Below are positions 26,335 to 33,833 of a DNA stretch of 35,120 nt, in pieces. Below the pieces are notes generated by a model, which searched no databases, was not told the origin of the DNA, and saw only the letters and a program-made list of their open reading frames with translations. How positions within the stretch are numbered: position 1 is the stretch's first letter; each line of letters begins with the position of its first letter. The position numbers and the translations under genes were made by a program. The stretch comes from a virus (taxonomy: Duplodnaviria > Caudoviricetes): positions 1-35,120 of the IMG/VR virus record IMGVR_UViG_3300010376_000089, one strand, 5' to 3'.

Positions 26335-26636
26335 CAGTCGTTCATCCAGTTCGGGTCTGGCGACTCCTCGGGGATGACGCGAATGTCCACGTCACCCACG
26401 AGACCAATCAGCGCCGCATCGAGCGCAATGGTCAGCGCTCGTTTTGGTTCGAAGCACTGTGGTGCGCGTTCGACCGTATGGTTCTCGTGATCAACGATGA
26501 TGTCGGCGTGCCAACCATCGTCATCACGCCGGAGCCGAAGCTCCTTGGTTGCAGAGAGCTCGAGGATGCCGATGGGCACGACCTTGATCTTGCTCGAGAG
26601 CTCCATCGCCTCTGCTAGTGGCTCGAATTCAGCCAT
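26334..26636 (-). CDS. Hypothetical acidic protein
   Basis: GGAGG RBS; overlaps the upstream stop. Confidence 0.7.
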   Translation of the reverse strand: MAEFEPLAEAMELSSKIKVVPIGILELSATKELRLRRDDDGWHADIIVDHENHTVERAPQCFEPKRALTIALDAALIGLVGDVDIRVIPEESPDPNWMND

Positions 26637-27240
26637 TGTCTGTCACCTCCTCGATGGGTTGATAAAGGAGGGGTTCGAGTGCCTTGCGCTGCGTCCGGTA
26701 CTCGTAACCCTCGACGCAGTCACGAGCGGTGTCGACCCGCTGCTGGTTGCGAGGATCGACAGGACCCTCGTCCCAGTATTGGCTCACCACCTCGATGATG
26801 CGCCAATCCTGCTGATGGGCGTAATCCATCGCGCCCTCGGACGAGATGGCTCCGTTGGCGAACATCGTGTCCCGCCAGATGCCGAGGTTCTCGCCTTCGG
26901 TGTCCTCGAGGCTCCAGACATTCGGGAACCGATAGGACTGGATCAGCTTGACCCTGCGGCGTTCGTCCTCCTCATCCAACGTTCTGAGAACTGGATCGCT
27001 GGACGGGATCTCCATGGCTCCGATCACGCCGGAAGCCAAGCGCGGGATCACGTAGTCATCAAGCGTCCAACCGGCCTTGTCCTCGCCACCGATCACGACA
27101 CATGGAGCGATCCCTCTGAGATCGCCCATCTCCGCGAGCTTGTCGTGTGGCGCATAGCCGACGACCCGGTAGTTGTCCGGCAGGTACCTGGCGATCTGCT
27201 CGGCCCTTGAGTTGTTGAGTGAGACGATTGCGAACCTCAT
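26629..27240 (-). CDS. Hypothetical phage protein
   Basis: GAAAGGGG RBS before MRFAIV; YLP.NY.V and G.D.AGWTLDDYVIPRLASG motifs. Confidence 0.75.
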   Translation of the reverse strand: MRFAIVSLNNSRAEQIARYLPDNYRVVGYAPHDKLAEMGDLRGIAPCVVIGGEDKAGWTLDDYVIPRLASGVIGAMEIPSSDPVLRTLDEEDERRRVKLIQSYRFPNVWSLEDTEGENLGIWRDTMFANGAISSEGAMDYAHQQDWRIIEVVSQYWDEGPVDPRNQQRVDTARDCVEGYEYRTQRKALEPLLYQPIEEVTDNG

Positions 27241-27581
27241 TGGTTCCCCTTTCTGCCCGGTATGGGCAATAGCAACCACGTTGGACTGACGGGGCGCACT
27301 GGCCTACGTGCGCCCTCAGCTACGTCCAAGCAGTTGATCGTGTGAACGTTCTTATAGATACCCTGCCAGCGACTCCTACCGGCAAAGCCCGCGATCGTAC
27401 GTTCCATCGACTGCGGCTGGTTGGCCCTGAGAGGCTCTGGGAGCCTCGTAGCGGCCCTGCGCTGCGGCCAGCGGTGGTTTGAGTCGCTGAACTCTCCCCG
27501 GCCGCTGATGAGCCGCATACGCTCTCTGTCGAGCTGCTCACGAACCTCGCGGCAGCTCTGGAGGAAATTGACCTCGCTCAT
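27237..27581 (-). CDS. Hypothetical protein
   Basis: ATGA overlaps at both ends; its 3' part contains a hairpin. Confidence 0.45.
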   Translation of the reverse strand: MSEVNFLQSCREVREQLDRERMRLISGRGEFSDSNHRWPQRRAATRLPEPLRANQPQSMERTIAGFAGRSRWQGIYKNVHTINCLDVAEGARRPVRPVSPTWLLLPIPGRKGNQ

Positions 27582-28405
27582 GCCTCGGCCTCCTGCTGAG
27601 CCTTGAGCTTGTCGATCATCGCCTGAAGCTCCTCGACCGTCTCATCACCTCTGAGCGTGTCGGGGATCGGAAGCGTGATCTGATCGGTGTCCTCGACCTT
27701 CTGGCGGCGCTTGCCCGGTGTGTAGTTGCGGAACGACTGACGACACACCGGGCCAATGCCCTCCTCGACCGACTGTGCCGCCTTGAGCCTGCGATTGCAG
27801 ACGATGCAGCGGCCGTAGCGGATCGTCAGCGCCTTGGCCTTCTCGTACTCCATCTTGTACGAGGCCTTGAGCCGGTAGATCGCACCTCCGGCGTACTCGA
27901 ACTCGATGTTGACCCGGCCACCTTCCTCGAGCGCTCGGTCCGGATTGATCTCGACCAAGCGCTGAGCGTAGAGGTTCGTCTTGGCCTTGTTGAACTTGAC
28001 CCGGAAGACGGTGCCGTCCGGCATCTCATAGATGCCCGGCTCCTCGACAGGATCATCGTTCTTCGCCTGCACGGCCTTGCGATAGATCGCATGGTTGGGC
28101 TGATAGAGCTGGACGATCTTGCCAAGCGTCTCGGTCTTGAGGTTGCCTCGGCTGGTGAGGATGGTGACCTCTTCGCCCTCACGATCTCCGGCACCATCCG
28201 GGTGGATGACCTCGATGCACCAATCGTCCTTGCCACCCGTGGGCATGTTGACGTAGCCGTAGTGCTCCTCGACTATGCCGTCCTCGGGACAGCTCACGTG
28301 CATCACGCCGAACTCGCGTTGGTAGACGATCTGCTCACCGATCTCGACCGGGCACAGGCACTTCTTGCAGACGCCCTCTTTGGTTGACTTCATGATCTTC
28401 GGCAC
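27578..28405 (-). CDS. DUF6011 zinc-finger domain protein
   Basis: C-terminal RCIVCNRRLK...SVEEGIGPVC and N-terminal CKKC...HVSC. Start set at GTG 28405 after GAAAGGA. Confidence 0.8.
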   Translation of the reverse strand: MPKIMKSTKEGVCKKCLCPVEIGEQIVYQREFGVMHVSCPEDGIVEEHYGYVNMPTGGKDDWCIEVIHPDGAGDREGEEVTILTSRGNLKTETLGKIVQLYQPNHAIYRKAVQAKNDDPVEEPGIYEMPDGTVFRVKFNKAKTNLYAQRLVEINPDRALEEGGRVNIEFEYAGGAIYRLKASYKMEYEKAKALTIRYGRCIVCNRRLKAAQSVEEGIGPVCRQSFRNYTPGKRRQKVEDTDQITLPIPDTLRGDETVEELQAMIDKLKAQQEAEA

Positions 28406-28437
28406 TGCAACTTCCTTTCTCGCTCTTGCGAGCGTTT

Positions 28438-28453
28438 GTGCCAACGTTGGCAC
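28438..28453. repeat. 16-bp palindrome, copy 4 (intergenic, upstream of the DUF6011 gene)
   Basis: Exact match. Confidence 0.9.
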
Positions 28454-28469
28454 TGAGTTGACTGACTTA

Positions 28470-28736
28470 CTACCAGCTAGCGCTCTGCGTCACGCCATCA
28501 GAGCATGTCACTTCGTAGATATCGAAGCCTGAGCCTCCTCCCACTGTTCGCACGACCTTGACCGGATGCGAGTTGTATCCGCATAGGTACGGCAGTTGGT
28601 TGGATGGGATCGAACTGACGGGTACCTGCTCGCGCATGTCGTGGGGTTGGGCGAGCGATCCCCAGAAGGAGATCGCCGCCACAAAGCCCACGCCGAACCA
28701 GAAGAGCTTTCGGTAGACCCGAAAGAATCGGATCAC
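28470..28736 (-). CDS. Small membrane-anchored protein with YxVxCxDG domain
   Basis: N-terminal TM; LC...YEVTCSDG. Confidence 0.7.
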   Translation of the reverse strand: MIRFFRVYRKLFWFGVGFVAAISFWGSLAQPHDMREQVPVSSIPSNQLPYLCGYNSHPVKVVRTVGGGSGFDIYEVTCSDGVTQSASW

Positions 28737-30631
28737 GGCCTCTCCAGCCTCTCCAGCGTGTCCATCTCGTCGCTGTTCAGCGCAACGCCGTTGCCCGTTG
28801 AGTCGTACTCATCACGGACCACGAAGAACTCGCCCTCACCCTCGCCGGGTTCGATGACTCCGTAGATCTCATCGCCGTCGTAATCGACATAGCGGACACG
28901 ATCACTAGCGCGCAGCGGATTGCCGTACGTATCGCGACCAAGTACCGGATCTGCGACCTTCGGCCTCTCCGGCGTTCCTGGGCGCTGCACCACGATCCGG
29001 CCGACCTCATCCCCAGTCACGTTGCGGACCTCCTCGGACGTGAACCGATAGCCCTCGTCCTGCTTGATCCCGAAAGCGATCTTGTCGAGATACACCCTGC
29101 GACTTGGCCTCGCCTTGACGACCTTGCCTCTGGCGATCTCGATGCCGGTAGCGTCGAACAGCTTGACCTTGTCGCCCAGCCGGATCTTGATGCCCTTGTT
29201 GTCGACAGCCACAGCCTTGCGTGTGGTTCGCAACTCCTTGGCACTGAGCACCGTCAACGCCGGTTGAATCACCGGCAGCTTCATCGCCAGTTGCACGACT
29301 CGAGGGATATTGCGGAACAGCGCCACTCGATTCTGCTCGACCCGTTGTGTCGACCCAGGATCACCACCGTCGAACGCCATGTTCGCAGCAACACCGATCC
29401 GGTAGAGCTGCTGAGCGCTGCACTGACGAGCCAATACCGTGCGACCGTCGTTGGCAAAGATCATGTCTCCGCGATCGCGACCTGACGTGAACTCGCTGAA
29501 GCCGTTGATCGCCTCAGCCTCGAAGCCAATGCAGACGACCACAGCGTCATATGCACGACCACCGATGTAGACCTTGTCGAGACCCTCATCGGCAGACACC
29601 TTGTCATTGAACACCCGCAACCGCACGCGGCCCTCGTCAGGCCTACGCAGGAACGAGCCGATGTCCTGGTAGCGACCTCGAATGTTCTCGCGCCACTCCT
29701 CACAGGCATCGGGCAAACCGGTGGCGTACCAGTCGATCTGCTCGATCCAGTCAAGCATCGGCACTGACATGTGACGATTGGGCCCGGTGCCCAACAGTGC
29801 CTCGACCACGCACTTGCCGGAGTCGCCGCCACCAATGACCGCAATCCGGTTCATGTCACGGAATGGGAACGGCTGATAGAACAGCTTGGCGAAGTCATAC
29901 ATCGAGAGGATGCGCTTCGACCAGTCCATCCTGCCATTGCGATACGTCCCATTCGATGCCAGCTTGATCGGAATCCCCAGACCGCGTGCATCGATCACCC
30001 GGTCTGCGTAGACGAAGCCGTCACCCGATCCCACGCAGAACTTGCGGACACCGGCCACGCTCTGAATGCTGTTGACCGTGCCCTTACGAAGATCGGCGAA
30101 GCGCATCAGCGCCGATCGGATCACATAGGACAGCACGCTGTTGTCCTGGTACTTGTCCATGTTCAGCATCGAAGGCTGCACTGGACAACCCGGAATGACG
30201 TTGAGCGCCATCTCCTCGCTGGACAAACCAAGCTCACCTGGCCGGTTCGATGAGTTGAGCCGGAACCACGGTGCTGTGGAGAAGGCATCGCCGCCCAGCG
30301 TGTTCGTGATCACCAGTGGGCGTGGCTTGCCGGTCAGCACTCGTGCGGCACAATATGCCGCTGCTGTCGGCCCTCCACCGATAATCACCTCGTCGTAGCC
30401 GTTGGTGTCATCGTCAGCCCACTCAGTGGTCTGATCGAACATCGCCTCACGTAGCGTCTCCACCTCCCTCCTGGTCTCGAGCATCGCGCCCAGAGCCGTG
30501 AGGTACATAGCATCGTTGGTGGGGAACATATTCCTTCGAGGTTTGAGCTCACGGAGCATCGGGTTGCCCTTTGCCATCTTCTCGAGCACCGTCTGCTCTT
30601 GAATTGCGAGCCCTTGTGTGTCGACTGACAT
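28733..30631 (-). CDS. FAD/NAD(P)-dependent oxidoreductase (two-dinucleotide-binding flavoprotein) with C-terminal SH3/KOW-like repeats
   Basis: VIIGGGPTAA, VIDARG, IAVIGGGDSG and VVVCIGF motifs; C-terminal DNKGIKIRLGDKV and DTYGNPLRASDRV repeats. Confidence 0.8.
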   Translation of the reverse strand: MSVDTQGLAIQEQTVLEKMAKGNPMLRELKPRRNMFPTNDAMYLTALGAMLETRREVETLREAMFDQTTEWADDDTNGYDEVIIGGGPTAAAYCAARVLTGKPRPLVITNTLGGDAFSTAPWFRLNSSNRPGELGLSSEEMALNVIPGCPVQPSMLNMDKYQDNSVLSYVIRSALMRFADLRKGTVNSIQSVAGVRKFCVGSGDGFVYADRVIDARGLGIPIKLASNGTYRNGRMDWSKRILSMYDFAKLFYQPFPFRDMNRIAVIGGGDSGKCVVEALLGTGPNRHMSVPMLDWIEQIDWYATGLPDACEEWRENIRGRYQDIGSFLRRPDEGRVRLRVFNDKVSADEGLDKVYIGGRAYDAVVVCIGFEAEAINGFSEFTSGRDRGDMIFANDGRTVLARQCSAQQLYRIGVAANMAFDGGDPGSTQRVEQNRVALFRNIPRVVQLAMKLPVIQPALTVLSAKELRTTRKAVAVDNKGIKIRLGDKVKLFDATGIEIARGKVVKARPSRRVYLDKIAFGIKQDEGYRFTSEEVRNVTGDEVGRIVVQRPGTPERPKVADPVLGRDTYGNPLRASDRVRYVDYDGDEIYGVIEPGEGEGEFFVVRDEYDSTGNGVALNSDEMDTLERLERP

Positions 30632-30640
30632 TACCTCTCC

Positions 30641-30781
30641 CTACCGGCTAGCCGGGATCGTCAGGACCTTGCGGCCCTGGTTGAGTTGGACCTCTCGGAT
30701 CTGCTCTGCCTCGCGCTGGCTGCTGGCTCCAATCGAAGCCATGTGGTGGCCTTGCGCGTCGTACACCTTGACCGTGTACAT
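30641..30781 (-). CDS. Small hypothetical protein (46 aa, MYTVKVYDAQGHH...)
   Basis: GAAAGGAAG RBS; not in the ORF track. Confidence 0.65.
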   Translation of the reverse strand: MYTVKVYDAQGHHMASIGASSQREAEQIREVQLNQGRKVLTIPASR

Positions 30782-30845
30782 CTTCGACTTCCTTTCCGCC
30801 ACTCTCGTGGCTGTTGACCTGCTTACTTGCTCGTTTGAGCAGCGA

Positions 30846-30871
30846 AAGCGCGGGCCTCTCGGACCGCGCTT
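30846..30871. terminator. Intergenic GC hairpin after 30938..31483
   Basis: AAGCGCGG...CCGCGCTT, followed by T on the minus strand. Confidence 0.5.
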
Positions 30872-30937
30872 GCGTTGCCCAACGACAGGAAGGGCGCAGC
30901 TTGCATCAGCTACGCCCTTCCTTGAATGTCGTTGTGG

Positions 30938-31483
30938 CTACCGGCGACGCCGGTTGCCTGCGGGCTTCTCCTCGGTTGCCGTGGCCGTCGTGGCCTCGAC
31001 CGTCTCGAGCTCCTCGTCCGTAGGCCCCTCGGCCTCCGTGTCCGGCTGCACCGTGTCGGTGGCCTCCGGGATCTCCTCGGACTGACCCAGCCGCTTGGCG
31101 ACCTCCTTCTTCATCGCCTTGAGCCTGACGGTCATGCTGGACTTCTGTCCGGCAGTCGCGTCGTTGTACTCGGACTGGATGCGCTGGAACTCCTCGAGCA
31201 GCTGCTGTTCGGTCATGTCCTCCAGCGACATCGGCCGGTTGGCCTGCGGCAGCGGGGTGAACTCAACGCCGCGCTCGCGCAGCACCGTCTCGATCCGCTT
31301 GACCTTGTTGGTCACGGCCGCGCGCTTCTGCGGGTCGTCCGTGTCCGGCATGGCGACCCTCTCGGCCACCAGGTTGGTGTGACGCTCGAGCAGCGTATCG
31401 CTGTCGAGATCCGTGAGCTTCTCGCTTGTGGTGCTGAGCTTGCTCTGGAGCTCGGCTGCGAGTTCTTCCAACGTGAGTGCCAT
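30938..31483 (-). CDS. Helical protein with two internal repeats, promoter-proximal family member 3
   Basis: GAGGAGG RBS; first gene after P3; repeats LTDLDSDTLLE...RAAVTNKVKRIETVLRERG and LEDMTEQQLLE...KSSMTVRLKAMKKEVAKR. Confidence 0.85.
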   Translation of the reverse strand: MALTLEELAAELQSKLSTTSEKLTDLDSDTLLERHTNLVAERVAMPDTDDPQKRAAVTNKVKRIETVLRERGVEFTPLPQANRPMSLEDMTEQQLLEEFQRIQSEYNDATAGQKSSMTVRLKAMKKEVAKRLGQSEEIPEATDTVQPDTEAEGPTDEELETVEATTATATEEKPAGNRRRR

Positions 31484-31602
31484 GATGATGGCCTCCTCTC
31501 TGCCCCTTCGGGGCTGTCTGGTTATTGGTATCTCGTCGGGCTCGGCATAAACCCGGTAGTGCTACCCGGCTGCCTGGCTGCCCCCAGAGATACCCGCGCA
31601 CA

Positions 31603-31630
31603 ATGATAGCGCTTTACTGACTTACTGCAA
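31603..31630 (-). promoter_or_regulatory. Sigma70-type promoter P3
   Basis: TTGCAG-N16-TATCAT. Confidence 0.75.
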
Positions 31631-31744
31631 GGCAGTTTACCAGAAACGTGACTAGTACGCAAGAGGGCACGGCACAGAATCGTAAAGGTACGAAAGTGAC
31701 AAGTAACTGACCCCCACGTGAGCACTCGAGTTGCCACGGCTAGT

Positions 31745-31806
31745 CCGAGTCCGAGTCCGAGTTTCACGTCCGAGTCCGAGTCCATAGTTCCGAGTCGGGT
31801 CCGAGT
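31745..31806. repeat. (CCGAGT)n hexamer array 3
   Basis: Seven exact CCGAGT units with short interruptions. Confidence 0.85.
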
Positions 31807-31809
31807 CGT

Positions 31810-32076
31810 TCAAGGTTGGTTTTCACGTCCGAGTATTAGGCCGAGCGCGAGAGCTCTGGTTAGGAGGGATGCCACGAAGGTCACATCCTCCTCTGTCAGA
31901 TCGCCCGGGTATTGGACAAGGTTGCCCAACGCATAGTCGTGAGCCCAGCCGAACATGCCCTCCACGTCAAAGCCAAGATTGGTGAAATACGAGACCAGGC
32001 CGGGTCCCTCGAGTGCGGTGTTGGTGAGCTGGCGCTGACCTGTGAACGTCTTGTCTATGACCTCTCTGGTGATCAC
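31810..32076 (-). CDS. Hypothetical protein
   Basis: GTGA overlap with the ardA stop. Confidence 0.65.
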   Translation of the reverse strand: MITREVIDKTFTGQRQLTNTALEGPGLVSYFTNLGFDVEGMFGWAHDYALGNLVQYPGDLTEEDVTFVASLLTRALALGLILGRENQP

Positions 32077-32621
32077 GACATGCTCTCAAACACGTAGCCG
32101 TTGACCAGCGAATAGGCTCCGTGCTGAAATAGCTCTCGTGAGACGGAATCCCAGTCGATATAGCTGGAGATCTGGTCGACTTGTTCCGCCTCGAGTCCCG
32201 ACCAGCCAAGCTCTGAGCAGCAGAGCTCCATCGAGTAGGCATTCTCCGAGTCCCACTCGCCTCGATATTCCTCTTGGAAGCGTTCCACGATCTTGGGGTC
32301 TGCGTAGTCAGCCCCGTAGTCCATCGTTTCCAGCCATGCCTCGAATGCTTCACCATGCTCTTCGATGGCTCTGGCTACGTTCGCAACTTCTTCGTAGTCC
32401 GGATACTCACCCAGGTCGTGCACAATGGTCCGTGGGAAGCCGTCGTAGTCAGCGATGAAATATTCCTCGGGCAGTAGCGCCGGGGAGTGTTTGATGATCT
32501 GCTTCGCAGCCTCGTGCATCTCATCTGCGTCTGTGGCGTCTACCCACTTGCCGTGTAGCTTGCCCTCGTTATAGGCCGCTAGACAGCCGATCCAGACCGA
32601 GCACCTCGTTGTTGTCGTCAT
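32073..32621 (-). CDS. ardA: Antirestriction protein ArdA (DNA mimic of type I R-M)
   Basis: VWIGCLAAYNEGKLHGKWVD, EEYFIADYDGF, F.E.Y.GEW.S and YIDW...REL motifs; highly acidic. Confidence 0.93.
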   Translation of the reverse strand: MTTTTRCSVWIGCLAAYNEGKLHGKWVDATDADEMHEAAKQIIKHSPALLPEEYFIADYDGFPRTIVHDLGEYPDYEEVANVARAIEEHGEAFEAWLETMDYGADYADPKIVERFQEEYRGEWDSENAYSMELCCSELGWSGLEAEQVDQISSYIDWDSVSRELFQHGAYSLVNGYVFESMS

Positions 32622-32633
32622 TGGTTCCTTTCT

Positions 32634-32649
32634 GTGCCAACGTTGGCAC
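32634..32649. repeat. 16-bp palindrome, copy 5 (between the upstream stop and the ardA RBS)
   Basis: Exact match; abuts AGAAAGGA. Confidence 0.9.
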
Positions 32650-33143
32650 TAGCCCTGCCCCGGACCAGATTCTTCGATCTTGCCCGACGTGAAGAGGTGG
32701 GCTCCGCGACCCTCCGGCCTACGGATGATCAGGCGTCCACCACGTCCCACCTTCAACTGCTCTTTGAGGATGCGTGCACGGCGTTTGATCATCGTGTCCG
32801 CAAAGTCCTCGGTGGGCAACCACGGCTTACCGTCCCTGAGAATGCGCTCCGCCCTCGCTGCCGTGTTGTGATCCAGCGTCACCGCTACCACAATGTGAGC
32901 ACCCTCCGGCGCTCCACTGTCGATCACATTGCCCTCGGGATTGGGTGCCAACCGTGTCACGCCAACACCCTCGTCTCCCGCCTTGGATGTCAGCTTGATG
33001 TTCGCGCGCTCCCACGCATTCTTGGCCTGCAGTGCCGAGGCATAATGCACCGCCACCACGTACCAGGTGCCACCCTCCCCCAAATCACGAACCAGCATCA
33101 TGCTCCTTTCGGAGCAGCGGCCACCCGTGCTCCCAATCGTCAA
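32649..33143 (-). CDS. Hypothetical protein (start probably ~33101, MMLVRD)
   Basis: GAAAGGAG precedes ATGATG; overlaps the upstream gene end. Confidence 0.65.
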   Translation of the reverse strand: MTIGSTGGRCSERSMMLVRDLGEGGTWYVVAVHYASALQAKNAWERANIKLTSKAGDEGVGVTRLAPNPEGNVIDSGAPEGAHIVVAVTLDHNTAARAERILRDGKPWLPTEDFADTMIKRRARILKEQLKVGRGGRLIIRRPEGRGAHLFTSGKIEESGPGQG

Positions 33144-33594
33144 TGAGTGAAACGCCGCCGCTCCGTCTGCGCAGGTCTCGAATCTGCTCGAGCTCGAACG
33201 GCACTCCGTAGTAGTTGGTTGCTGCTAGCGGCTTGTCGATCATGGTCTCCCGGCCGTGCCAGGTGGTGTCAACGATCCGACCCTCGGAATCCATGCACCA
33301 TGCGTGCAGCACCGGCATCATCGACCAATACGCAAAGCCCTCAACGTATGTGAGGGCTCCACGGCTGCGCATTGTCGTCATGTAGGCGTTATCGAAGCAC
33401 ATCTTGATCTGGCCAAGCTTGTACTTCCGTGGCGAGAACTCGGTGAACTGGCGTCCGTGTTGGAGCACATACTCCTCGAAGCAGATGTAGTGCGTATCGG
33501 GCTTCGGCCATATGCCCTTGTTGGCTACATCGTGGCGAGCCTCCACCCAGGCACGCATGTATTCCTCGATGTCCTCGTACTCGATGCTGGGCAT
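33085..33594 (-). CDS. Papain/transglutaminase-like fold protein (putative Cys-His-Asp triad)
   Basis: CFDNA...YVEGFA...LHAWC...IVDTTW...YYGVPF. Confidence 0.65.
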   Translation of the reverse strand: MPSIEYEDIEEYMRAWVEARHDVANKGIWPKPDTHYICFEEYVLQHGRQFTEFSPRKYKLGQIKMCFDNAYMTTMRSRGALTYVEGFAYWSMMPVLHAWCMDSEGRIVDTTWHGRETMIDKPLAATNYYGVPFELEQIRDLRRRSGGVSLIDDWEHGWPLLRKEHDAGS

Positions 33595-33833
33595 CAGCCC
33601 TCGAACCAGAGCACACGCTTGGCCGACTTCACCTGCGTCAGCGAGGCATGCAGGTCGATCAGCTTCTGTCGTTGCCCACCTTCCAGGTTATGGAGATTGT
33701 CGGTTGCCTGAATGGCTTCGACCAGCATGTCCTCGTACTTGTCTAGTGCTATCCGCACGACTGCACGTTGCTCACTCAATTCGATCCTACGGCGACGTAA
33801 GGACCGACGGGTTGCGGTATCCATCAGAACCAC
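33594..33833 (-). CDS. Small coiled-coil protein
   Basis: Coupled stops and starts with neighbours (start likely ATG 33824). Confidence 0.6.
   Translation of the reverse strand: MVLMDTATRRSLRRRRIELSEQRAVVRIALDKYEDMLVEAIQATDNLHNLEGGQRQKLIDLHASLTQVKSAKRVLWFEG

Noticed and set aside
22602-31806. CCGAGT arrays or the 16-bp palindromes as a CRISPR array
   Set aside because: No 25-45-nt repeats with regular unique spacers and no cas genes; units are 6 bp, or dispersed kilobases apart.
32945-32960. GTGCCAACCGTGTCAC as a sixth palindrome copy
   Set aside because: Three mismatches, inside a CDS, while all other copies are perfect; could be chance.
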